A stretch of 64,000 nucleotides of DNA from Fistulifera solaris (Eukaryota), in the NCBI GenBank assembly GCA_030295235.1, contig AP026126.1, positions 868,001-932,000 on the forward strand, read 5' to 3'. Shown here one piece after another: positions 1-12,711 of this stretch (positions are counted from its first letter, which is position 1; each line of letters opens with the position of its first letter). Both the position numbers and the translations under genes were made by a program. Below the pieces are notes generated by a model that was not told the origin of the DNA, searched no databases, and was given only the letters and a program-made list of their open reading frames with translations.

Positions 1-414
1 GGGAAGTTATGGGAGCTGACTCAGGTACAATTACGACCATGCGTCGAAGATAACGGAAACGACCAAACGATATCTGTACAAGATCTCGTCGACAAAATGG
101 TGGAAATCTTAGAGGGTCTCGTCGGATCAGAAAAAGGCCAAGCTTTCGAATCAGCCCAACCAGTTGAAATGGAGAAGGACGGTTGCTGTCGCAGCAAGTG
201 TCGACCGAATTTCGGACGAACACATCCAGTAAGCGCTACTCAGGTTGCCTACTTGGTATATCTATCTGCGTTGAGCGAGGGTAAGCGACGGGAACTTTTG
301 TATTCCGCTGCCGACGCGACTTCTGTCGTCGACGGGGTGGCACGGGATCAGTTGTTGCACGAAGCGCATTTGCTTCGCGCGGCGTTGGACGTGAGTGATA
401 CAGATGTTTTGTAA
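1..414 (+). CDS. 3' end of an unidentified protein-coding gene (truncated by window start)
   Basis: Frame 1 is open from base 1 (GKLWELTQVQLRPCVEDNG...) into the 97..414 ORF and ends at TAA 414. No recognisable motif. Confidence 0.5.
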   Translation, partial: GKLWELTQVQLRPCVEDNGNDQTISVQDLVDKMVEILEGLVGSEKGQAFESAQPVEMEKDGCCRSKCRPNFGRTHPVSATQVAYLVYLSALSEGKRRELLYSAADATSVVDGVARDQLLHEAHLLRAALDVSDTDVL

Positions 415-544
415 TGACTCAGATCGTTACTTGTTTATTACTTCGATTGTGGACAGATTACGTCCGCCTTGAAAATAGCTAGGATCTGATTATTTTTTGC
501 TGGCTCTGACATTGTTCTACGCTGGAGTGAAAAATTCAATTTTT

Positions 545-751
545 AAATCCACAAGGATTTGCAATCTCAGCAACCGTACAGTGCAAAGCGCATTGCAAAT
601 GTAGCTCACTAAAATTCTTACAGCCAAATAAACCCATTAGATGCTGAGCGAAACTATTTTGAGCATGGGTCATGCAAAAGCGCGTTAACGGGTCCGACGT
701 TGTTCTGACTCATGACTGGAAATTCAGTTTTGGATAAATACTAAGAACACT
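545..751 (-). repeat. Diverged copy of the ~240-bp dispersed element (reverse orientation to the 36.6-kb array)
   Basis: ATCCACAAGGA (547), GCGCATTGCAAATG (588) and TGACTCATGACTGGAAATTCAGTTTTGG...AACACT (706-751) match the reverse complement of the 36839-37078 unit in the same order and with similar spacing. Confidence 0.7.
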
Positions 752-858
752 CCAGAATGAGCTCCAAACTCCGCGGACTCCTTCTCCGGACCCGCTCCGG
801 ACTCCTAGTTTTGTAGTCTCGAGCTCTAAAGAGAGGGAATTGATTTATTTGAGGGCCA

Positions 859-1065
859 TTTTTAACCGGCAGTTCGCATTTCGTATTTTCGTTTTTCGTA
901 ACCTTATTTTCGAATTTCGCATTCGAATCCAAGGTTTAACAGGGAAAATGACAGACGATAACATCTGTATTTTTTACTTCTGCCCTGATTGGGCAAAAGC
1001 TAAAAACACGAAAATCCGAAAATGGGAAATACAATAAGGTTAAAAAAGTCTGGTTAACTTAAAAA
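859..1065. mobile_element. Degenerate inverted-repeat (MITE-like) relic with TTTCG sub-repeats
   Basis: Left arm TTCGCATTTCGTATTTTCGTTTTT / TAACCTTATT is complementary to right arm AAAAACACGAAAATCCGAAAATGGGAA / AATAAGGTTA. No TSD identified. Confidence 0.35.
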
Positions 1066-1219
1066 TACCTGTATCTACATTCTACATAGACTCACTCTTG
1101 TGGCGAAAGTTTACGTTCTGAAAAGATCTTTGCACCATCGCTCGCACGATGAATTGAAAAGACGAGAATCATCCCTCGTAAAAGCCACGTGAACATCTCT
1201 TTCATTTAATTATATCATT

Positions 1220-2153
1220 ATGTCCGCAAGTAAGCTCATCGTCGACAAGGCCCTTCGTGCCTCTATCAGCCTTGGCTCGTCCAAAATTCCCAGCGAACTG
1301 GCGAAATCGAGCGCTGCTTTCCTTTCCAGCGGATCAACGAAGGCTACTCTTCCCGACCTTCCTTACGATTACGATGCCCTAGAGCGTAAGTAGAATTTCA
1401 AGCAGACCAATAGTGGGGAACATTTGAAATCTCACGCTTTAAGTATCAATACAGCTGTGATTTCCTCGGAAACCATGACGCTTCACCACACCAAGCATCA
1501 TAATACATACGTTACCAACTTGAATGCTGGTATGGAAAAGCTCGATGCGGCCATCACAGCTGGAGACGTGTCGGGGATCATAACTTTACAAGGAGCGCTA
1601 AAGTTTAACGGCGGAGGTCATTTGAATCACACACGTAAGTGCTGAAAATCTTTTTCGAGAAAAGTGTCCGGCTTCTATCGCTCGTATATCTCACGTCTTC
1701 TTTTGCAGTTTTCTGGGAGAATCTCGCACCCACTGGTAAATCATCTGGACCCTCTGGTCATTTGGAAGCGTGTATTATCAACTGCTTTGGTAGTTTGGAT
1801 GCCATGAAGGCAGAATTGAGCGCGAAGAGTATCGCCATTCAGGGAAGCGGATGGGGGTGGCTCGGGTACAACACTGCCACCGGTGCGTAAACTTTGTGAA
1901 AGAGTTGTGGTGATGCTCCGAATCCGTTTTACTAACACTTTGCTTTGTATCAGGACGCATGGAAGTAGCAACCTGTGCCAATCAAGATCCATTGCAGGCG
2001 ACCACTGGTCTCGTTCCTTTGTTGGGCATTGATGTCTGGGAGCATGCATACTATGTCGATTACAGGAATGTGCGTCCTGATTACGTCAAAGCAGTTTGGG
2101 ACATTGTCAATTGGGATGTAGTGGCGGAACGCCTGGCTGCAGTGAAGAAGTAG
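1220..2153 (+). CDS. SOD2: Manganese superoxide dismutase, probably mitochondrial; 4 exons (1220-1385, 1455-1634, 1709-1882, 1954-2153)
   Basis: [39 protein letters not shown] and DVWEHAYY motifs. GT-AG introns restore the frame. N-terminal S/A/K/R-rich presequence. Confidence 0.96.
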
Positions 2154-2350
2154 GGAGAATTCTTAATCGAAAACTGTCCTTTATTTTAGTCCCTTCATCA
2201 TTCATTACATTACGTCGATCAGCAGTAGGCATTGAGAGATATTTGTACAGCATAAAATACAAGTTGAGCCTCTACTAGATTTATATTCAAGATCCTTCCC
2301 GTCCGTTATAGCACTGGCAACGAGGCTAATGGATGCCATTTCATTCAGAA

Positions 2351-4113
2351 CTAAGTCATTGTTCTATACACTGCCTGTGGTTCGTCTTGGCTCGAGTATC
2401 GATTATGATAGAGAGTACGTTGCCCAAGAGTCTCAGGCATAAAGGTAAACAGCAAGATTGGTATGAAAGAAATACATAGCGACCCAGTCAAACTGGCGAC
2501 GTGACCGAAATTCTCCACGACCAGTTGGCCGAAAAAGTTCGAAAGCGTCGCGCCAAGTCCGAAACAAGATGCCGTAAGGCCCACTGAATAATGCGAAGGC
2601 AATGTAAGCGCTAGAATCAGTCATCCAACAAAGCATCAGGGTATTACTCACTTAATACATTGAAACGGCCAGTACCAAATGTAATATCCGCAACCAAATA
2701 TGGGTGAATTAATCCCGATAAACCAGCACCAAGACCATCCAATATCTGAGTTGAAAGTAAGTAAGAATCGCCGGCATCTTTCCAGAATATTATGAGAGCA
2801 CACCGAATAGGAAGTGAAACAAGGCCAGCCATGAATAAGGGCTTGCGACCCACTCCTCGCAGTGTTAACCGATCACCGACGTAAGTAGCGACAGCCATGA
2901 TTAATTGCGCCAATACGATTGCGCCCGCAATCAGGGGTATAGCACTGCGTCTCGGAGCACCGGTTTCATCATCACCACCCATCAGCTCTCCAAGAACAAG
3001 AAGGACGTTTGCGTTTGCAAAACTTAGGAATAGGTAAGATGTGGGCTTTGCGAAGAATCGAATATCAGAGGAACTTACTGAAAAAAGAAACCCGTAAGAC
3101 AGAGCAGTACGGATTTGATATCAGAAAAGACCACCCAATAAGAGGCTGCCTGGGGTGTGCTTCCATTTCCTGCAACTTCTGTCGTTTCATCGGATTCGAG
3201 ACGCTCAATATGGCCTTGCTCGTCGAGAGCTATCTTTCCGACAAATCCTGCGATTCGTGTTTCCCCACCATGTGAGTCGGTACAGAGGAATACAAAGATA
3301 TCGATACGAAGAACCCACCTCGTCCCATGTTTTGATCACCCACCGGAAGGAATTGAACGAAAAAGCAAGCCATCAACGCAGACGCCCCCACGACCAGAAA
3401 GCAGTACTTAATATCCGGATAAAGCGTGAAAGCGAAAAGTCCAGCTAAGATTGCAGCAGCCACTGACCCGATATGACCAAAAAGAAGATTCGAGGCCATC
3501 ACGGCATCAAAGTGGTTCGGCCCGAACGTCGATAAAGTTAAAGCGGCGAGACAAGGCCCAATGAACGAGGAAGTTACTCCTTCGATGACTTTGGTAATGA
3601 AAATAAGCATATGATCATTGTTACCTTCTCTGACAAGCAAAATTGCGGAGGCAGAAGCAGCTGTAAAAAAGACTCGCTACCGACAAGAAGATACGGCGAT
3701 CCAGTGTCGTTTTATCGACCCAGTCACCTGCCCATGGCTGAATGATGAGGGCAGTAAAACCCATCAAGCTCAGTGCTATTCCGACATTCGACTCGTTCCA
3801 TCCTAGTCCTACCAGATAGATACCTTGAAAAATCTAAATCCAAAGAAGCACGTGAGCGAGGGAAGGAATCCGAGAACGACACTATAAATTCCTCGATCGC
3901 AAAGAAATACATGTTCTACTCACATTAAGCCCATCACCTAATCAGTCAAGCACCGAAAGATTTGTATCAGCATGAGTACTAAGTTGAATCCGAAAAGGCA
4001 TATATGTTGGCCTGCTGCTACTCACCAAGTTCGCCCAGCGCGAAACTGACCACCAGGAATGCAATTTTAGGAGAAAGCATACTCAGAGTCGCCGGAGGGC
4101 TCTTTGTCGACAT
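2351..4113 (-). CDS. MFS transporter, paralog 1; 5 exons including a 14-nt micro-exon (3924-3937)
   Basis: Multiple TM segments; AGDWVDKTTLDRR and GDRLTLRGVGRK motif-A-like loops; FFHFANAN. Introns 3938-4025, 3834-3923, 3023-3078 and ~2585-2651. Homopolymer frameshifts. Confidence 0.85.
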
Positions 4114-4709
4114 CTTAGGTGACTCAGTCTACAAGCTCGAGTTAAATGAGGCCTGTTAATTGAAGGTGTGAGCCTTTGTGATCACAACAAGCGAACAAGC
4201 GATAGCCTTCATCGCAACCGGACAGTTATTAACGTTGATCGAAAAAATGCGATGCGGCCGATTTTGCGATTGGCGATCGTCCCGAGAAGGCGTCTGTCCG
4301 GTACCTGTACATAGAGGCTGCGCACGGCCGGTACCGGTACCGTTACCTGGTACTGGTAAGGACATTTTTATACGTCCTTAGGTACTGGTACTGGCAGTGT
4401 ACTTAATCTGTATCGACTAAAAAACCAGATGGAGCTAAGGTTGAAGCTAAAGAACGGAAGACAACACAAAATAATGAGAATGTTTATGACGCGCCTTTAG
4501 TTTATATATATATATTGTAAGCTAGCAATTTCAAGCGATAGCTCGAAAACTTGAGTATGAAGTCTGAAATGGCTTGCAATGGTGCGCTTCATCTCAATAA
4601 ACTCAGTATTTTCCACTCTGGGTCTGCTCGAGAATGCAAACCAGAGCTAAAACCCATGATTTGATCTGAAATCGAACGATTGCAAATAGGATCACCAGTG
4701 TTGATGAAA

Positions 4710-6227
4710 TTAGGTAAAACTTCGATAGGGAGCTTCAATTTCTTTTTCGGGAGGATGAATGAAATCATTCAATGGTGTCCGACCACCAAGGGTCTCCGGC
4801 ATGAAAGAAAAGATCAAAAGAGGAAAGAAAGAAATGACGAGTGAAGCAAGCAAACTAGCCTCGTATCCCATAACTTGAGCAGACCATTGCCCCAACAGAT
4901 TTGAAAGAGTAGCCCAAACCGAAAGTTGCGGCCGTGAATCCCACTTAGACATGCATTTTAGTAAAAATCAAGAGATTTCAACAGCCGACGTCTGAAGACT
5001 TACTAACAAGATTGAATCGACCGGAGCCGAATGTAATATCTGCGACCAGGAAAGGATGAATTATACAAATCAATCCGAAACCAATACCATCTAGAATTTC
5101 TGTGGCGAGCAAGAAGAATGGTCCTGCATCTTTGAGCCAAAGGATCAAAGCGCACCGTATTGGTAGGCTTAAAAGCCCTACCATGAACAGAGGCTTCCGC
5201 CCCACACCTCGTTGGGTCAACACATCAGCAGCATACGTGGCACCAACCATAACACTTTGCGCAATGACTACAGCCGAAGCAATCATTGGAATAGAAGTCC
5301 GTTTAGGAGCCCCACTTGATGTATCTCCGCCCATGAGTTCGCCAAGAACCAGCAAGACGTTCGCGTTGGCGAAGCTGAAACAGCACGTTAGATAAATTCC
5401 GACTGACCTTTATTCGGGGTAACATCCACACTTACTGAAAGAAGAAGCCTGATAGACTAAGAAGCACGGTACGCTTGTCCGAGAGCACATCCCGGTACCT
5501 TGCTGCCTCGTTAGTTCCATCACTGCTTCTCGCCTTTTTGACTTCTTGCCATTCTTCTGGGTTCATAGTGTTCTCCAGATGATTGTCTGTGTCGAGCGCC
5601 ACCTTTCCAGCAAATCCACGACCTAGCTCATGATCGCCCTCTGGCAGAAATTGAATGAAGAAAAAACGAAGCAAGGGCAGCGAAGCATAACACCAAGAAA
5701 CAGTACTTGACATGAGGATAGACAAAATAGGCTACAAAGCCCGCCACAATGGCCACAACTACGGCGCCAAGGTGGGCAAAAAGTAAATTGGAAGCCATGA
5801 TACTATCGAAATGGTTGGGTCCGAAACAAGCCAGTGTCAAAGCCGCTAAACATGGCTCAAAGAAAGCGGCTGATATACCATCGATCATCTTGGAAATGAA
5901 AACAAGCAAATGGTCCTTGTTTCCTGGAGGAACAAGTAAAACGGAACAAGCCGTCACTGCAGTGACAAGTGACACGGCCACGAGAATAAGCCGTCGATCG
6001 ATTGTAGTCCGATCGAGCCAATCTCCTGCCCATGGCTGTATTATCAAGCAGGTAAAGCTCATGAAACCCAGCGCGACACCCACGCTAGATTCATGCCAAC
6101 CAAGTCCGACAAGATAAATTCCCTGGAATATACTGAGACCATCGCCTAGCTCACCCAAGCAGAAAGATGTTAGGAAAAATGCGACCGTTACAGGGAGAAC
6201 GCTGAGAGATTGATTCTGAAATGTCAT
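4710..6227 (-). CDS. MFS transporter, paralog 2 (tandem duplicate); 3 exons
   Basis: Collinear similarity to paralog 1 (LGELGDGL.IFQGIYLVGLGW, FGPNHFD..MASNLLF, GVGRKPLFM, LVADITFG.GRFN, FMPETLG). Introns 5375-5435 and ~4945-5003. Homopolymer frameshifts. Confidence 0.85.
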
Positions 6228-7068
6228 TCTTCTCTGTTGACAACTTTTTTCGCCTTTGCTTAGCTGAATGCCCTGGCGCTTCTGAAGGACGATTCAATGT
6301 ACTGGTCCCTGTTTTGAGACGTCTTAAAGGCCTTGACGAGCCGCAAAGGCCAAGAATAATGGCGATACGGAGGGATAGATTGTGCAGAAACAAATGGCGA
6401 AAATGATGTGTGAAGAGATGCTCGTACCATAGGGTAGACCTTTGGGAGGTCAGCGATGGGCAGGCTTAACCGTCCAAACTCTCAACTGACAAAATGCAGT
6501 AGCACGAGCAAAATGTCATTAGAGCCAAGTGTACATCAAATGGATTGTGAATTCAGAATAGTCTTCGTTGAAGTCCGCGAAAATTATGTGCAGTCCCAAC
6601 AAATTTCGAAGGCAGTAGCATACTTAACGATTCAAGTACCGGGTTATATTCGTTAAGATACCAACGAACATCAACGACCAAATCAATCACCGCACATTAG
6701 CAAGCCCCCGATGCCTTCCCTTGCCCCGATTTGTAGCTCTAGTAGCTCGAGCAAAGAAGGCTCTCTCTACTTTGTACTTTGTATGCATGCAAGGTGGACA
6801 CTAATAAGTTGTGCTACGATCGCCAACAAAGCTGGCCAAGGAGTTGAGCGTTTATGTTTTCATCATTGGACTTCTAATCAACAAGCTACAAACACTTGTC
6901 TACAAGTGTTTAAATCGGTTCAAATATAGAGCATTACAGTTTCTACGTCACGCTAGCTCTCACACGCAAATAGTCGCTTTTATGCAGGTTAGATGTGATT
7001 GAAAAGGAATCGTAGGCCTTGAGCCATGGCCCTGGAATGTACTAAGGCACTAGGCGAGATAAGATCGT

Positions 7069-7749
7069 CTACTTCTTTTTCTCAGCTTTGTTTCGTTTTA
7101 GTACTTCCAAAAAGTCAATAAACTCACTGAAAATAGGATACCCGCAGAAAAAAGTGAGCACGGACCACTGAACTGTGGCCATAGCGGAGAGTTTTACATG
7201 TTTGGGCCCAAAGTAAGCAAGAAACGCAACCTCAAACAAGTGAGCGAGAGCGGTGAAATACAAGGCATATCGCAAAGCCATACGCAGCTGAAAGGGAGGT
7301 GAACTACCGATCAAGCTTTTGGTAAATACATCGAAATTTTTCTCGAGCCGCTCGTGATCGGCTAGAAAAGCTCCCCAGGATGCGAACGCAAGTCCCGAGA
7401 CAATCAAAAGCAAGAGTGGTTTTGACCAAAGCCACGAAAGCTTAGGGCCAGTTTCTTTGTGATGAATTGCAATGAGAAGAGGTCGCAATTTCGTCTGCGT
7501 CACAGGTGCTTCGTCAAAATTATAGACGACATTTTGTGACTGGCACATGTCCCCACTACAAGTAATGACCTGAATATGGCAACCAGCGGAAGTTACTTTC
7601 TTCAGGTTGACACTCGATATCTTCCATTTTGGTTGCAATTGCACGAGCGACTTCGCCATGGCGTAGACCGATACGTAATGATCATCGTTCATGTGCGCGC
7701 AGATGCGCTTGGACGTTTCGTCAGGAATTTCCTCCTTATCCACTCTCAT
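7069..7749 (-). CDS. DUF2470-domain protein fused to a TMEM254/DUF4499-like membrane domain
   Basis: RICAHMNDDH is the DUF2470 signature. The C-terminal TM helices have an AHLFE...W..LTFFCG pattern. Confidence 0.7.
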   Translation of the reverse strand: MRVDKEEIPDETSKRICAHMNDDHYVSVYAMAKSLVQLQPKWKISSVNLKKVTSAGCHIQVITCSGDMCQSQNVVYNFDEAPVTQTKLRPLLIAIHHKETGPKLSWLWSKPLLLLIVSGLAFASWGAFLADHERLEKNFDVFTKSLIGSSPPFQLRMALRYALYFTALAHLFEVAFLAYFGPKHVKLSAMATVQWSVLTFFCGYPIFSEFIDFLEVLKRNKAEKKK

Positions 7750-8206
7750 TAAGGCTGTTTATTCGCCCTAGCTGCTTTATGTGTGGGTGATCTATTAGGA
7801 TAACGATCGACGCTCTTCAAAACCAGGCCCTTGTTCTTTCTTTCCTCGCAATGATGATGTTGATGATCTTCTAGAACCGTGTTTTCTATTTTTCCCTCCA
7901 AAAACACACAACTCCCAACGCAATCGCAACGAGCGTCGTGCCTCGCGCGCTTTCAAGTTCTGGTATAGGTACTACGTAAGATCATACAGTTTCAACAACG
8001 GTACTCGACAATGGACAATTTTTGAGAATGTGTACCGGTACCCAGTGTACACTCGCCGCCGCCGAACGCTTTCATCGTCATTCTGCGACAAAAAAATGTT
8101 GCGTTGAAAACATGAAGAACCGCCAACCCATCACCGTCACCATGCACTTGTCAGTGCTCTGAGACAGCATGTTAATCTATTCATTCTATTTCCAAGATTG
8201 AAACAG

Positions 8207-8922
8207 ATGCACAAATCGAATTATTACCTTCTTCGCCTCGTTCTTGTCCTTTTCTTGCGAGAGGCTCGTGCCTTCCGTCAATCTCTGCGCACAAGACAAT
8301 TTTCCTGCAGAACAGTTGCCCTGCAACTATTGCAACCAAAAGAAGACAGCATCTATCAAATTGAAAAAGATGTTTTTTCTTCGGTGCAGGAGAGACTGGA
8401 CTATCAGCGTCTCATGACGGCTTTAGAAGAACCGAGCGTGACTGATTACACACCCCCGTGGAAGATTGCCGTGGCCGCGGCCACCACCTTTTCTGTACTG
8501 GTTTTCTTTTTCAGTTCGAGCAACGTCTTTTTATCCACAATTGTATGGATTGCGACTTACGCAGCAGCGAATCGAGATCCGTTGGAAGAAGAAGGTCTAG
8601 CTGGTCCTTTGACCCGCCTGGTTGGTCGGCGAACTCTAGAATCCTACAAGGCGAATGAACCGAAAATTAAGGCACTGGCGCGAGTTGTTGTTACGGGGCG
8701 CGAAGAAATCACGCAACTGCAACAGCGGGTAGCGCAATTGGAAGAAGAAAACAAACATTTACGAGAATGGAAAGAGCAACGAATCAAAGTCGATAGGGAG
8801 CTTTCTAGATTTTCTCTTGACGAACTGAGGTTTATTGCCCGGCATCATAACCTGCCTTCTGGAGGTAACAAAACGGATCTTTTGATGTTGCTAGTTGAAA
8901 GAAGGTCATCCACTTGGGATGA
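8207..8922 (+). CDS. Putative plastid-targeted membrane/coiled-coil protein with C-terminal SAP domain
   Basis: Signal peptide ending ARA-F, a TM pair, a coiled coil and FSLDELRFIARHHNLPSGGNKTDLLMLL (SAP-like). One extra A at ~8898 gives ...EKKVIHLG* at 8922 and removes the overlap with the convergent gene. Confidence 0.65.
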
Positions 8923-8967
8923 CGCTATTATGTTTAGGTTTAACATTTACAACATTTATCGAGTTTA

Positions 8968-11900
8968 TCATCTTGCGGGTTCTTTCACGTCGCCATTTCG
9001 AAATTCAAGACCGGCGACCAGGCGCGGACCTCCGTGAGAGGCCCATAGATCAAGCCGTGCCCCTCGCAGTAAATCGTCGACCAGGTGTATCACTAATCTA
9101 GCAATCAAATTAGCAATTTGCGACCGCAGCATGTCACTTCCCAAAGCGCGTTCATGCCACTTGTCGAGGAACTTGAGTTCATTGCTCAAGTCATCGGCTG
9201 TCGCACGAATAGCAGCTTCATATTGTTCCGAATCTGGTCGTTTTCTATTAAATCCGTCACTGGTTATCCCCCGAAGCATATCTTCTTCTGTGATCGGCGT
9301 GAAAGAAAACGAAAGTCTATGTCCAAGTATGTGGAATTCAAGTCCCTCACAAAAATCGGAAATAATTGTTGTAGCCATTGTGATAATGTTGCTCAGAAGC
9401 TCACGCTGCCATGCCAGTGGGAACAGCTGCAGGAGTGGTGCTGATATTTGTGCGTGAGATAGCAGCGTTTCTACGATAGCTCCACGCTGAAGGAAATCAA
9501 GATCCGGCTTTCGGCGATGAAATCGTCGCTTGTGTTTATTCTTCTTTGCCCCGCGGAACATAACACCTTCCAGCGCTCTTGTAGCATAGTCTGCCGAAGA
9601 ATCACTTCCTGGGATCATGCCTGCTAAAAGAGGTGGCAGCCCAGGTGTGTGTTCCATGGATAATCGAATGTCAGAATATTTCATCACATTGAGACCATGT
9701 ATTGATGATATGCTTCGTGCCAGAACGGACATTAGGGCTTTGCACACTGATTTGTAGGCAGCCATTTCTGCAGCTTCTCCAATCTTTTGTCCAAGTCCGT
9801 TGCGCAGTAACCAATTACCACTATTTCGCCCGCCTGCGCTGTTCTTTCGTTGCCGCTTTATTGAAGCAAAGTCTTCTGACAAATCTTCGTCGTCATCGTC
9901 GTCGTCGCTATCACGCCACAAATCTGTATGATTCAATTTGACAAGTCTCTCACTGAGAAAAAGGACTTCGAGATAGTTGTCGACGAGATCCTGAGGAGGA
10001 AAATTGAACCTCCTTGATGCGATCAAGCTTATTGGAGAGCTATCAGTTAGATTTTCATCCATTGCTCGATTTTCTTCTTCTGAGGTATAATTCCATAAAG
10101 GATTCGGTCGACGCTGAAGCATATCCTTCTCACACACAAGGTCCATAATACGCTGCTGATACTCGGCAAAAAGTTTATCGATCTCCTTGACTCTTTCCAT
10201 CTTTTTCCGTTGCAGCAATGCCTCCTTGGCGCTTTTTCTTTCTTTGAGAGTCAAACACATTTGAATTTCGACGCCCAAAAATTCCAAAGCTGCCGTCGGG
10301 AATTTTTTTCCTTGCGCGCTCTATAGCTGCAAGTCGGCGTCTAACGATGCCCAGTTGCTCGCTTTCAGGCTCCAACGCACTTAAAGCAGAACTTTCATCT
10401 AAAGAGTGATTTTTCCCACTCAAAAATCCGTGAAGGCCAGTGTGCTTCGCCACTAACTTTCGTATCCCACGTAAATAGTGTGATGTTCGGAGAGCAGGAT
10501 GACTATTGGCGAGCCCGAGACTGAGGACAGCATCGATTGTACCCCACTGAAATAAATTGTGTGAGATTCGCCCATAAGGCAAGTAGACGGGATAAAGAAG
10601 CAGTAGCTTACCATTCCAGATGACTCGTGCAGACTTCGTTGTTTCTCAAAATGGTCATTCGCATCATCCACAGGCGCACTCATGTCAAGTTTAACATCAT
10701 GAATGACAGATTTGTCCTCGACACTGCTTTCAGTTGATTCAGTCTGATGCGAATCGGCTACGGTGGTACCCACTTGATTCATCTCCGCTTGACTGGTAGC
10801 GTCGTTCAGCTGTTCCTTGCGCTTATCATCAATCGGTTCATCGTCAATAATCACTTCGTCGGTTTCCGTTTCATCAGAAAAAAAGCATTTGTTTTGACGC
10901 AAGGTCGCTCACTTCACTCACTTCTTCATCATCGTTTGCTTTGTCCGTTTCCACCGTCTCTTGCTTCATAGAACTGTTGGCTATGGGAGTATCCGAAAGA
11001 GACTGACTGGAATATTTCCGGCTGAAAAATCCATGCATATGAGTGAGCTTGGCGGTGTTTTTGCGAATACCTCGAAACTAAGAAGTTGCGGAGTAAAATG
11101 TTAGAGTGCATCTTCTTCGAAACAGAAGAAATTTGAATACTTACAACCGAATACACTTTCCGATCATCTTCCGTTGCGCTGGCAGTCATATTTGAGGTCA
11201 GGTTCATGCTCGCTATGTCTTCGATCCGATTTTCTGAGGCATTTAGCCCATCATTTCCCACAACTAATTCAACATCGATAAAAGTGTCAATGTTGATTGA
11301 ATCGCTCATAATAACAGCGGTCTCACTTTTATTTATCAATTGCACGGTTGGATCGACTTCCATGGATAATTTTCGCACGACGGTAACCGGATCGCCGTTT
11401 TCTTCACTAGCATTATCGTTTATTAAACGCGAAGCAGCATTGGCAACTTTCCCAGTTTCGAGAGGCTCTAGAAACGGAAAGCGTCTTTTGGCTTCTTTAA
11501 CCAGCGCCCCACCTCGCTGGCCGTTAGGAGGCGACTCGGAGTCATTCGTTTCCGTACTATTGTCGTCTTCGCCAACAGAGTCTTCATCGACACCTTTTTG
11601 GCTCTCGTCATCTTTGGCAACGACATCGATATCAGCATCTTCAAATTCGTCTTCTACTTCGCCATCTTCGTCGTGCTCGCTTGTATTTCGCTCTAATAAG
11701 GATATGTCAGTGGCATCCGATTCATCGTCGTTGACATCGTCGCTTATTTCTGACATGATTTGGTTATTGAGTTCGTGTAAGCCACCAGGAAACCACGACA
11801 GACGACTTCGCTCTGTGACTGCTCGGTCGACTTCCCCGGGGAGCTCGTCTGACGAGTTGCAGTCCGCGTCGACCTCCTTAGTCTCGTCTTTGGCTGTTGT

Positions 11901-12083
11901 CAAGTTCGTGCCACCGCCACTTGGCGAAGTTACATTAAATCCATTCATTCCCCATAATATTGACAATTGATTGGTTAGATAAAAGTGAGACGCCTCAGTT
12001 TGTTTCACATTTATAAGGATGAATAAGATGCCAATCATTGTTGTTCGTAACATGCGAAGGAATGGGTGGTGCGTCGGCTGCAT
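8968..12083 (-). CDS. Large hypothetical protein with N-terminal hydrophobic segment and acidic low-complexity region (multi-exon)
   Basis: ORFs 10929-12230, 10453-10902, 10175-10582 and 8968-10287 join via GT-AG introns (~11078-11143, ~10545-10611) and frameshifts. The C-terminal half looks globular. Confidence 0.6.
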
Positions 12084-12336
12084 TTTTTGTCGCGAAACTG
12101 AATGCTTTGACGGCCGTCTTCCGGTCAGGAAAAGTAGCAACAGATATTCAGAGCTTCCAGCTCGTCGCAAAAGAAGAAAGCTAGCTAGTTCGTGAACCTT
12201 CTTTAAGTTAAAGGCGATCATGTGTTGCAATAGTCTAAATTTTTATTACGGAGTATTATTTTTTCGCGTCTCTGTCGAATCATTACTTGCCGTTATCATG
12301 AACGAATGGTGCTTCTGCATGTAAAAATCAATGAAC

Positions 12337-12420
12337 AATCTTTCCGGTATCAAAATCAAACAAACTATGATGTAAAGTGTCTGCTTGACGAGGATTCCGA
12401 CCCAAACTAGTTCCAGTCCC
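12337..12420 (+). repeat. Possible highly diverged partial copy of the ~240-bp element
   Basis: ACTATGATGTAAAGTGTCTGCTTGACGAGGA resembles ACTATAGGCTAAAGTGTTGTCTTGGCGGGAA of the 35.65-kb copy. Confidence 0.3.
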
Positions 12421-12711
12421 GGCATGTTTCAGCCTCTTCGACATTTCAATTTCAGTGAATTTCTACTGTGTAGGTAGACCTTACTTTCGACCCCTAATTT
12501 TATGGGGAGTCTCACTATTTGATTGCTCCATATAATTTGATTGATATCACTGTTGTTTATGGTGGAATAAGCGACGTCATTGTCTTTACTTAATGCCAAA
12601 CACTTGCCCTACGTACTCTAGCTAGAGGGGTACTACCTGGTAGTGGTAGTGACTACTGAAACAAAAAAATCTGTTATCAAGATTGCATATTATCTAATCC
12701 CCTATAACCTT

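Noticed and set aside
4540..4575. Possible further 240-bp element fragments here and at ~6478-6520
   Set aside because: Only short, gapped similarity to the junction; indistinguishable from chance by eye.
6890..6911. 10-bp perfect inverted repeat AAACACTTGT-ct-ACAAGTGTTT
   Set aside because: Isolated, and plausible by chance in 64 kb.
8923..9037. Apparent coding overlap of convergent genes
   Set aside because: It disappears if a single A-run indel at ~8898 is corrected.
11206..11970. Long antisense ORFs (254 aa here; also 46202-46999, 32902-33414, 13577-14122)
   Set aside because: Shadow frames of real genes on the opposite strand, with no independent motifs.
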